From an uncultured virus (IMG/VR IMGVR_UViG_3300013137_002215) (Duplodnaviria; Heunggongvirae; Uroviricota; Caudoviricetes), in IMG/VR virus record IMGVR_UViG_3300013137_002215: 64,000 bases of DNA, one strand, 5' to 3'. Positions 10,199-18,771 of this stretch are shown here, piece by piece. The notes under the pieces are model-generated. The model was not told where the DNA came from and made no database searches. It was given only the letters and a program-made list of their open reading frames with translations. A program made the position numbers and the translations under genes. The number at the start of each line of letters is the position of its first letter. Position 1 is the first letter of the stretch.

Positions 10199-12181
10199 TT
10201 ACTTTTCTTCGCATGATTCGGTGAATTTACATCTTGGATAATTTGAACAACCTAAGAATTTATTACCGTCTTTACTTATTCTTTCCAACAATTCACCTTT
10301 TTTACCTGCTTTTTCACAATTTGGACATGACTTTCCTGTTTTTTTTGCCTTTACTTTCTGAAATACTTCAAAACTGCCATCTTCATTCTGTTTATAAATA
10401 GTTTTACATTCAGGATATTTATTACAGGTATAAAAAGAGCCAAATCTGCCAACTTTTTTAATAATATCGCCCTCTTTACAAACTATGCATTTTTCACCCG
10501 TTTTATCCTCTTTTTTACCATCTTTGTTTGAATCAATTTTCTTAATTTCTTCCATCATTTTGTTATAGGTAGCTTCTACAACCTGCAAATATTTCTTTTC
10601 ACCTTTAGCTATTAAGTCTAAATCATCTTCCAAAGCAGATGTAAACTTAATATCCATAAAAAAGTCTTTAAAATGAGGTTCTAGATAATCGTATACCTTC
10701 ATACCCAATTCAGTAGCTTGCAAGGCTCCTTTAGATTTCTTTACAATTTCCACATATGCTTTAGCTTGAATGTTGGACATAATACCAGCATAAGTAGAGG
10801 GTCTTCCAACACCTTCAGCTTCCATTTTTTTAATAAGACTACCTTCATTATATCTTGAAGGTGGCTGTGTGGTGTGTTTTGTTTTCTTAATTTCTTTTAA
10901 TGTCAAATTTTCTTTTTCTTTTGCTACCGGTAATATTTCTTCTTTAGTCTTAGAATAATCATAGACTTTATACCACCCATCAAATCTAACCGTCTGTCCC
11001 TTGGCTATCAAGGCATGATCGGTGTTTGTTTTGATATTATATGTAACAGTATCAACGATCATTGGGTTCATCTGACATGCAATAAAACGGTCTCTAATTA
11101 AATTATATAGCTTTTTATCGTCTGTTCCAGCTACAGATTCTCCATCATCGGCCACATGTGTTGGACGAATACATTCATGTGCTTCTTGTGCTGCCGCCTT
11201 AGATGAACGAGTATAAATATTTGCGACTTTAGGCAAATAATCGTCTCCACAAGATTTTTTAATAAACCCCCTAACTTCATCTAATGCCTCTTTAGCGATT
11301 GCAAACGAATCAGAACGAATATACGTAACAACTCCTTGCTCATACAAACCCTGAGCAATCTTAGATGTTTTAGCAGCACTCCACCCAAATAAAGAAGAAC
11401 AAGTCGTTTGTAATGAGGAGGTAATAAATGGTGGATTTGCCTCTACTTTGCGTTCTTTCTTTTCAATAGAATCTAAAACATATTTAGCACTCTTAAGTCT
11501 TTCCAAATCATTATCGGCTATTTTTTCTTCCAGATACTTGTTTTCTTTATCTTTGGTTATTACTTTTGCCCAGAACTCTCCATTTTCTGCATTCAAAAGA
11601 GCTTCTACAAACCAATAATCTTGTGGTTTGAATGCTTGAATTTCTTTTTCTTTCATACATACTAATTTAAGAGCAATAGACTGAACTCTTCCGGCAGACG
11701 TTCCTTTACTAACACCAAACCATAATACCGGAGAAACCTTATAGCCTATTAATCTGTCTAATACCTGTCTTGCTTTTTGAGCACTTACCAAATCACCATC
11801 TATATCTCTAGTTTTTTTCAATGCTTCTAAAACTGCATTTTTTGTTATTTCGTTAAACGTTACTCTCTTACATTTTTGTTGAGATGACTTATCTAAAACA
11901 TTAAAAATATGATAAGATATAGCTTCGCCTTCTCTATCCATATCTGTAGCTAAGAATATTTTTTCTGCTTCTTGCGCCACCTTCTTTATCTTTGCCACGT
12001 TTTCTTTTTTATCTTCAATAATCTCGTATTTTGGTTCAAACTGATTTTTTATGTCAATATTTATCCCCTTTTTAGGAATTTCATTTATGTGCCCAACAGA
12101 TGCCATAACATTAAAATCAGATCCTAAAAACGATTTCAGTTTCCCACACTTATTAGGTGACTCTACTATAAATAGATTCAT
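10199..12181 (-). CDS. topA: DNA topoisomerase I (type IA) with C-terminal zinc ribbons
   Basis: IVESPNK, ATDMDREGE, SAGRVQS, TYIRSDS, GVGRPSTY; start moved to the RBS-led ATG. Confidence 0.95.
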   Translation of the reverse strand: MNLFIVESPNKCGKLKSFLGSDFNVMASVGHINEIPKKGINIDIKNQFEPKYEIIEDKKENVAKIKKVAQEAEKIFLATDMDREGEAISYHIFNVLDKSSQQKCKRVTFNEITKNAVLEALKKTRDIDGDLVSAQKARQVLDRLIGYKVSPVLWFGVSKGTSAGRVQSIALKLVCMKEKEIQAFKPQDYWFVEALLNAENGEFWAKVITKDKENKYLEEKIADNDLERLKSAKYVLDSIEKKERKVEANPPFITSSLQTTCSSLFGWSAAKTSKIAQGLYEQGVVTYIRSDSFAIAKEALDEVRGFIKKSCGDDYLPKVANIYTRSSKAAAQEAHECIRPTHVADDGESVAGTDDKKLYNLIRDRFIACQMNPMIVDTVTYNIKTNTDHALIAKGQTVRFDGWYKVYDYSKTKEEILPVAKEKENLTLKEIKKTKHTTQPPSRYNEGSLIKKMEAEGVGRPSTYAGIMSNIQAKAYVEIVKKSKGALQATELGMKVYDYLEPHFKDFFMDIKFTSALEDDLDLIAKGEKKYLQVVEATYNKMMEEIKKIDSNKDGKKEDKTGEKCIVCKEGDIIKKVGRFGSFYTCNKYPECKTIYKQNEDGSFEVFQKVKAKKTGKSCPNCEKAGKKGELLERISKDGNKFLGCSNYPRCKFTESCEEK

Positions 12182-12246
12182 ATTGTCCTTTTTCTTATAA
12201 AACACTTCTAACAATAATATTATACAAGGAATTACAAATAAATATT

Positions 12247-13167
12247 TTGAAAAATAACAATGGTTCTATTTATATGAGGCGGTTTATGGAAAACACACAA
12301 GTTCTGTTGATAGACAATAGTAAGGATAATATACAACTATTTCAAAACATAATATGCAAAAACATAGGTATTTCGGCTCTAAATGCAAGTGAATTTAATC
12401 AAACAAAAGACATTATTAATTCCAACGATATATGCCTTATTATATCCAATATTAATTGTCTTTCTATTGATGATAGTAAGAGTTTAGCGCGTTTATTAAA
12501 AATAAATGACGATCTACTTCCTTTAATAATGATAATTAACGATATGCAAATTATAAAGGAATATTGTTGTAAAGAAAAAATAATAGATTTTGTTACTTTC
12601 CCTTCAACCGAAAATGAACAATTAATATTCTCTCATAGGTTATCAATTTATATCGAATCATATAACACCAAAAAACTATTACAAAAAGAAATGAATAGAA
12701 GAGAAAAATTGGAAGCCAAATACAAAAATTTAATAGAATTTACCAACACCGGATATATGATATTAGATAAAAACTTTAAAATATTAGAAATAAATGAAAA
12801 TATAGAAAAGATACTTGGATTTAATAGAGATGATATTATCGGTTCAAATCCACGTTCTTTTATATCCTCTAAATATATCACAGATTTCGATAATAGTATG
12901 GACCTGTTATTATCTGGCACTATTATAAATGATTTAGAGTTAAGTATTAATTCTCCTAATAAAACATCTCATATATCTTTAAACGCTTCTCTAATGATTA
13001 ATGGAGAAAACAGGATTTTGTGTTTGGTTCGTGATATCGCAAATAGGAAAATAAATGAAGAAAACAGATATATTGCCAAACAGAAACAAAAAGATGAATT
13101 TTTACAGAATATTAAGGAAATAAGAGAGTCGTTAAAGAAAGATTTATTTAAAATAGCGGCGTTGTGA
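12247..13167 (+). CDS. pseudo-receiver + coiled coil + PAS domain protein
   Basis: VLLIDNS..NIQLFQNII receiver-like start; KYKNLIEF..GYMILD..ILEIN..ILGF..DIIG..RDI PAS pattern. Confidence 0.7.
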   Translation: MKNNNGSIYMRRFMENTQVLLIDNSKDNIQLFQNIICKNIGISALNASEFNQTKDIINSNDICLIISNINCLSIDDSKSLARLLKINDDLLPLIMIINDMQIIKEYCCKEKIIDFVTFPSTENEQLIFSHRLSIYIESYNTKKLLQKEMNRREKLEAKYKNLIEFTNTGYMILDKNFKILEINENIEKILGFNRDDIIGSNPRSFISSKYITDFDNSMDLLLSGTIINDLELSINSPNKTSHISLNASLMINGENRILCLVRDIANRKINEENRYIAKQKQKDEFLQNIKEIRESLKKDLFKIAAL

Positions 13168-13174
13168 GGTATTT

Positions 13175-13567
13175 ATGGCCATACCTGAAATTCAAATTAA
13201 TACCCCTGTATATCAAATAAATCTTACTCTATTATTATCTATTATAACTGTTTCTTTAGCGGCTATGGGAACATTAGTAAAAATATTTGGTGGTAAAAAA
13301 GACGATGAAGATGAGAAAAAAGCTGCAGTTGCTGACCAGAAACAATCAATACAAAGAATAGAAGATGATAGTAAAGAATCTAAAAAGAAATTTGAAGAAC
13401 TAAAGGATCTTACAAGCAAAATCAAACAAGAAGTGGCAGTATTAAATAATGACACAACGCACCTTAATAAAACTGTAGAGGAAATGAAAGAAACAAATAA
13501 GGCAATGGCAGAAAAAATGGAGAAACTATTACAAAAATTAATGGATTGGATGTCTAATTGGAATTAG
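13175..13567 (+). CDS. single-TM coiled-coil protein
   Basis: Hydrophobic segment LTLLLSIITVSLAAMGTLV followed by a charged heptad-like region. Confidence 0.6.
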   Translation: MAIPEIQINTPVYQINLTLLLSIITVSLAAMGTLVKIFGGKKDDEDEKKAAVADQKQSIQRIEDDSKESKKKFEELKDLTSKIKQEVAVLNNDTTHLNKTVEEMKETNKAMAEKMEKLLQKLMDWMSNWN

Positions 13568-13592
13568 TTAAAATATAAAAGGAGATAATAAA

Positions 13593-14402
13593 ATGGCTAA
13601 ATCTTTACCAAAATACTTATGTGGAGGAGTTTCTGCTGGTGAATGGCCAAAAATGAGTCCTAAATCATTTGCAAGAGCATTATATTTATCACGTTGTAAT
13701 AATATCGTTCTTGAAGCAATGGCACCAGCTTATGATCCTAATGGGTATAATAATAAAACAGTACCCGAAGTGTATGCCGCATTTAAAAAATTTGTCAATC
13801 CCATTTTAGATTTAGATTTATGGGTTACTATACATCTTGCCAATGGTGGAGATGAAATGATTACCCATTTTGGCGCAGAAAACATTGCTAATAATTTTGT
13901 AGCACCACTAATAAAAGATTATGGTGTAAATAGTCGTATTATTATATGCCCTATAGCAGAAAGTCACGGCGAACCTAATGAAAACTTTTTAGTTCAATAT
14001 TGTATGAATAATTGGGGTGCTAAAGGTGGATATCTAATATATAATGGAGATGGTCGTCCTCATAATTTGCCTCCTGGTTATACCTTATTAGATTATCATA
14101 CCCAAGATGCTAACGATCATGGTCCACAAATAGGGAAAATGTCGTTAGTTGATACAGATAATGGACCAATAATAGGATATTTAAGATATGGCGCTCCTGC
14201 TGGTAAATATTGGAATCCGGATAGAGTGGCAAGTTTTAGCACTGAAAATAAAATAGTTGGTAATGGAACAAGTTTGTATGCCTTCCAAACAACTTCAAAT
14301 AATGGTTATGCCATGGATATAATAGGTAATATTTATAATGTGCGTAAAAAGCCTAATTTCTTTGATAAATTAATAATGGAAATAAAATTGATGAAATATT
14401 AG
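13593..14402 (+). CDS. hypothetical protein, possibly TIM-barrel glycoside-hydrolase-like
   Basis: Strong AAGGAG RBS; alternating alpha/beta pattern, PIAE and DYH motifs. Confidence 0.5.
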   Translation: MAKSLPKYLCGGVSAGEWPKMSPKSFARALYLSRCNNIVLEAMAPAYDPNGYNNKTVPEVYAAFKKFVNPILDLDLWVTIHLANGGDEMITHFGAENIANNFVAPLIKDYGVNSRIIICPIAESHGEPNENFLVQYCMNNWGAKGGYLIYNGDGRPHNLPPGYTLLDYHTQDANDHGPQIGKMSLVDTDNGPIIGYLRYGAPAGKYWNPDRVASFSTENKIVGNGTSLYAFQTTSNNGYAMDIIGNIYNVRKKPNFFDKLIMEIKLMKY

Positions 14403-14404
14403 AA

Positions 14405-14980
14405 CTATTTTCCACAGCAGTTTTTATATTTAACTGGTTTACCATCAGATTTCTTTTTACCACAAGGACAAGGTTCATTTCTGCCTATTTTTTTATTTTT
14501 TATAACAGGCTTTTCTTTAACAACCACGTCATATAACGTTAATCCCTTTTGATGTTCTATTTCGTGTTGTACCGCTATTGCTAATATGGCGTCATGATTC
14601 TCTTCACGATTAAATGAAAAGTAATAGTACTGTTCTTCTTCCCTAAATTGACCATTATCTATAATATTATTTTTAATAATATACGAGGCATAGCGTTTTG
14701 TATAAAACGATAAATATGGCAAACTCAAACAACCTTCATTGGGAAATACAAACTCATCAAGTTTTTCTACTTCAACAGGATTAATAAGATAAGTAAAACT
14801 ATTATTAACCTTGATTATAGATACTTGCTTGGGTATGCCTATTTGAATTGCCGACAGTCCGATACCATGAGGATGTTTGATTAGTTCTTCGGTTAACTTA
14901 GTAATTATTTCTTGTGCCTCTTCTACACTGATTACTGGAGTAGATACTTCTTTCAGTTTTGCAATATCAGTTATAATCAT
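14405..14980 (-). CDS. def: peptide deformylase with C-terminal SEC-C motif
   Basis: GIGLSAIQIG, EGCLS, QHEIEH; IGRNEPCPCG...KYKNCCGK. Confidence 0.92.
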   Translation of the reverse strand: MIITDIAKLKEVSTPVISVEEAQEIITKLTEELIKHPHGIGLSAIQIGIPKQVSIIKVNNSFTYLINPVEVEKLDEFVFPNEGCLSLPYLSFYTKRYASYIIKNNIIDNGQFREEEQYYYFSFNREENHDAILAIAVQHEIEHQKGLTLYDVVVKEKPVIKNKKIGRNEPCPCGKKKSDGKPVKYKNCCGK

Positions 14981-15064
14981 AATAGTCCTCTCATGTGCAT
15001 AATACGATTATAGCTACAAACAAAAAAAGAGTATAATAATCAATACAAAAAATAATTATAGAAA

Positions 15065-15631
15065 TTAATCTTCTGGATCTGGATCAAATTTACGTTTTGG
15101 AGTCTTTGGCTTGTCCTTTTCGTCATCTTCTTCGTCCTTTTCTTCTTCTTTATCATCTTCTTTTTCGTCTAATCCTGGTCTTAATTTCAAATCAAAGTCA
15201 ACCTTGTCATTAATTAAATCAGGTAGTTTTTCAGAATTAAACCAATTAACACCTAAAGAAGAAATCAAAATACAGAAATCTTCTAGATCATGATTAAGAA
15301 CCTTGTCGTTTTCATGATATACGTGTAGAAGTTCATGGAATATAACTGCTTGTTTTTGTTTATTATTCCACGCATTCCAATCAGACCAATATAAAGAAAT
15401 AACATAACGAGTATTGATGTTATTCTCTTTTAATAGCGCCTTTTCACATCCATGTATAGGCTTTATTCTGGCTAATGCATGGTCTTTCTTACCACGCTTC
15501 TTATTTTCAACACCCAATACCGCTACAATTTTAGGATCTACTTGCCACATAACCTCTTTATATTTTTCACAAAGCTTCTTAACAATATCTTCTGCTTCTG
15601 TAACGTGACTATATACTTTTTCTGTTGCCAT
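15065..15631 (-). CDS. putative phage metallopeptidase
   Basis: W..W...QKQAVIFHELLH...HDLEDF; acidic tail. Confidence 0.75.
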   Translation of the reverse strand: MATEKVYSHVTEAEDIVKKLCEKYKEVMWQVDPKIVAVLGVENKKRGKKDHALARIKPIHGCEKALLKENNINTRYVISLYWSDWNAWNNKQKQAVIFHELLHVYHENDKVLNHDLEDFCILISSLGVNWFNSEKLPDLINDKVDFDLKLRPGLDEKEDDKEEEKDEEDDEKDKPKTPKRKFDPDPED

Positions 15632-15653
15632 TTAATTTCTCCTTTTGTTCTAA

Positions 15654-16349
15654 TTATACACAACGCAAAACAACATTATCAATAAAAGTTTGAGCTTCGT
15701 AAACAATATCTCTAACCATTTCGTCATCATAAGGTTCAACATAATGGCATTTTTTATTCAGCATATTTTTTACATGCCTGAACTGCTGCAAAACCCATTT
15801 ATCTTCTTTGCGCAATATATTTTTAAACGAACTAACATGACGAAAAAATGGAGGATAAAGCGTGGTTCTTATTTCATATAAAAGATTTAATTTTCGTATT
15901 AAGGATATTGACTCCAATACTTTTGATAGTCCATCTTTGCCAGCACCAATACTCTCATAATCTTCAACATGAGTAGATTTCAAATCAATACACACATATT
16001 GTATTTCTTCAAGTAATTTTCGCAACATATCTGGCTTTGTACCATTTGTTGATATATAAACCTTGTACTTTCTTTGTTTTAATTGCCTTATAAAATCTAT
16101 AAGCTTATTTATATCAGAACAGGTAGGTTCTCCGCCACTTATACCAAACCATTCTTCATCAACAGAAAAACGAATTTTATCCAATATTTGTTTTTCGCTA
16201 ATTTCAATATTGTCTTTTTTATTTACTAGTTCAGCATTCATACAATAGGGACAATGCAAGTTACAATTTTCCAAAAAAACAACAGGGGCAAAATTATCAG
16301 GTCCGCCATCACTTGAATGATTAAAAGAAACTATTTTGAAACCACTCAT
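15654..16349 (-). CDS. radical SAM glycyl-radical activating enzyme (NrdG-type)
   Basis: CNLHCPYC, SGGEPT, STNG, EIRTT. Confidence 0.85.
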   Translation of the reverse strand: MSGFKIVSFNHSSDGGPDNFAPVVFLENCNLHCPYCMNAELVNKKDNIEISEKQILDKIRFSVDEEWFGISGGEPTCSDINKLIDFIRQLKQRKYKVYISTNGTKPDMLRKLLEEIQYVCIDLKSTHVEDYESIGAGKDGLSKVLESISLIRKLNLLYEIRTTLYPPFFRHVSSFKNILRKEDKWVLQQFRHVKNMLNKKCHYVEPYDDEMVRDIVYEAQTFIDNVVLRCV

Positions 16350-16645
16350 TTAACCGACTTAATAGCTTTTAATACGTCTTCTTCGGTAAAATTCAATCCC
16401 TTAAAAACATTATTTTTATTATCAATCATAAAACCAGGAACGTCGTCTATATCATTATTGGTAGCAATCATTATAGCAGCTTTATTTTCTTCTTCATTTT
16501 TATTACCATCAAACATAAAGAAATTAATATTGCATTTTCTGTTAGATTTTGCTATTGCTTTATTTAGAATAGTTAAAGCCTCTGCACAAATAGGACAATC
16601 AGGAGACTTAATAAAGTATATCTCAACTGGTTTATTTTGTTTCAT
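16346..16645 (-). CDS. thioredoxin/glutaredoxin-like protein
   Basis: CPIC and DVP cis-Pro motif. Confidence 0.75.
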   Translation of the reverse strand: MKQNKPVEIYFIKSPDCPICAEALTILNKAIAKSNRKCNINFFMFDGNKNEEENKAAIMIATNNDIDDVPGFMIDNKNNVFKGLNFTEEDVLKAIKSVK

Positions 16646-16931
16646 ATTTTAATGGGTATTTATCTTTAATTTTACCATCTAATTCAGGATCAAATGCAAT
16701 GTTAATAAATTTATTTTTTCCCACATAAACAAATTTTAATATATCAACATATTTTTCCATTTCCTTTTCTATATCTTCTTCTTTTCTATCGCCAAATGAA
16801 CCTATTGCATCTCTATGCACCTGGCTTTTAAATCTACCCTTTTCACATTCTAATAACATCAGAACACATTTGGCTTCTTTAACGTAAAATGCATTAATAA
16901 GTTTAGCTTTAATCTTATTGACTTCGGACAT
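16632..16931 (-). CDS. hypothetical protein
   Basis: ORF track; overlaps next gene. Confidence 0.55.
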   Translation of the reverse strand: MSEVNKIKAKLINAFYVKEAKCVLMLLECEKGRFKSQVHRDAIGSFGDRKEEDIEKEMEKYVDILKFVYVGKNKFINIAFDPELDGKIKDKYPLKYETK

Positions 16932-16942
16932 TATTAAACCTT

Positions 16943-17944
16943 TTATGTGATTATATTTTTAAAAACGAAATCCATCTCTGACTTTGATAATGTTCGCTGT
17001 ATATATTTAAATTTGGATTTTAAAATCTTAGTAACATATTCGCTTTTAAAAATAATATTAATAAAATAATCTATTCGTTCCTTACGACTAGTGACAAAAC
17101 TACTAACCTCAATATACTCGTCCGTTTTAGGAAAATAAAAATCATACCTTCTTTTACCAATCACATGTAAATATTCTGGATGAACGGACGCATATTCCCT
17201 GTTGTACAAAAAATCCAATCCGTTCTTATATCCTTCCGATATAAACTTCAAATAATAATATGCCTCAATTAAAGAGCCACATTTTGTTCCATCGTTTAAA
17301 ACAATTCCATTACAAACATAACAACGCGGATTTTTACTAGTTCGGTCAACGATAGCACATTGCCACTCATGACCACTTCTACATCTCCACCATACTTTTC
17401 TTTTATCGCTTGGAAAAACATCTTGGGGTCTAAAATTATTTTTTTCAAAATCCCATTCCTGAGAAATAGCGGGATACTTGGTAGCCAAACAATTATCATT
17501 GCAATTTTTTTTTGGTATTCTTGAGCAATAAGGACAACCGTTACCGCTTGATCTACTACCTATAACCGCCTTCCATTCATGCCCCTTTTTACACACCCAC
17601 CAAGCGATCTTATTACTATGCAATGTTACATTGTATGGGGTTGTGCCTTCATTCTTTGTAGGATGCCATTCTTTTGCCAAAACAGGATTTAATGTCGCCA
17701 AACAATTACCACTATAAACTTTTTGATTAGCACAAAATGGACAATTACTACCACCTATAGACCTATTAAGAGGAGCGGACTCCCATTCATGTTTGTTTTT
17801 ACATAACCACCATACCTTTTTTCCACTTCCATAGGAAACATCAGATGGTAAAAGGTCTCCATTTTTATCATAGTTCCATTCCTTAACCAAATTGGGAAAA
17901 CTAAAAGATAAACAGTTTTCGGCAGTTAGTTTATGAGATCCCAT
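16943..17944 (-). CDS. zinc-ribbon repeat protein with C-terminal PD-(D/E)xK-like nuclease (putative homing endonuclease)
   Basis: Three repeats of L..P.L.KEW...KN...WW.C..HEW...C..C; RRYDFY...YIEV. Confidence 0.75.
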   Translation of the reverse strand: MGSHKLTAENCLSFSFPNLVKEWNYDKNGDLLPSDVSYGSGKKVWWLCKNKHEWESAPLNRSIGGSNCPFCANQKVYSGNCLATLNPVLAKEWHPTKNEGTTPYNVTLHSNKIAWWVCKKGHEWKAVIGSRSSGNGCPYCSRIPKKNCNDNCLATKYPAISQEWDFEKNNFRPQDVFPSDKRKVWWRCRSGHEWQCAIVDRTSKNPRCYVCNGIVLNDGTKCGSLIEAYYYLKFISEGYKNGLDFLYNREYASVHPEYLHVIGKRRYDFYFPKTDEYIEVSSFVTSRKERIDYFINIIFKSEYVTKILKSKFKYIQRTLSKSEMDFVFKNIIT

Positions 17945-17985
17945 TTATGCTCCTATTTATGCTCCTATTTATGCTCCTATTTATG
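17943..17985. repeat. 12-bp tandem repeat ATTTATGCTCCT x3.6
   Basis: Read directly; the minus strand reads AGGAGCATAAAT (an RBS) three times. Confidence 0.95.
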
Positions 17986-17995
17986 TCAATTATTT

Positions 17996-18763
17996 TTATC
18001 TCTTATCAACATCCAGTCTAAATTCTGCTATTTTTTTATCCAAATCACCTATATTGATCTGTTTAACAAATACCTCTTTACATGTCTTCAATAATGCCTC
18101 AATAGCTTCTGAATTAGATGCCAATATTATAGTTGTTAATTTAGTAAGCCAAGATTCACCCAATACTTTAAATAAAATCCAGTCATGTAGCGTTCTATAA
18201 TTTTCTCTGTTTTTAATTTGAATCTTGGTAAACTCGTCAGTACTTTCATCTATTTTATCTAGTTTATCAAAAACCACATTGATTTCTGATTCAGTGAGTG
18301 CTTTTCCATTATTGCGCTTAACATTAGGACATTGAGCACATAATGGAATATCTTCGCGCTTAATTAATCCCTTATAAATCTTTTCAAATTTATCTACACG
18401 AGCATTATAAACATCTGATGGCCATAATCCATATAAGCGACAATTTAAACAGCGCGATTCGTAGTACTGGCAAGCTTTTTTATTTTCATCTAACAACATA
18501 CAGGGCTTAACTAACGCTTTAAACTTAAACTTCTCAAAATCATAATAAAAGAAATATTCTAAGCTCTTCAAAATCAAATCTAATTTTTGCTGGTGGGTAG
18601 AATTATCCCATATATCTATAAGAACATTCAAAAACTCACAATAATTCATTTGAGGACAGCCAACTTTACAACAAGTTAAAGTATGCCCACAAGTAGTATC
18701 TAATTCTGCTTCGCCATATATTTGATTTAATTTATCTTTTAAAGATATTGTTTTAGTTTTCAT
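17996..18763 (-). CDS. YkgJ-like cysteine cluster (Fe-S/Zn) protein
   Basis: CGHTLTCC, CMLLD..CQYYESRC..CRLYG. Confidence 0.7.
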   Translation of the reverse strand: MKTKTISLKDKLNQIYGEAELDTTCGHTLTCCKVGCPQMNYCEFLNVLIDIWDNSTHQQKLDLILKSLEYFFYYDFEKFKFKALVKPCMLLDENKKACQYYESRCLNCRLYGLWPSDVYNARVDKFEKIYKGLIKREDIPLCAQCPNVKRNNGKALTESEINVVFDKLDKIDESTDEFTKIQIKNRENYRTLHDWILFKVLGESWLTKLTTIILASNSEAIEALLKTCKEVFVKQINIGDLDKKIAEFRLDVDKR

Positions 18764-18771
18764 ATTAATGA

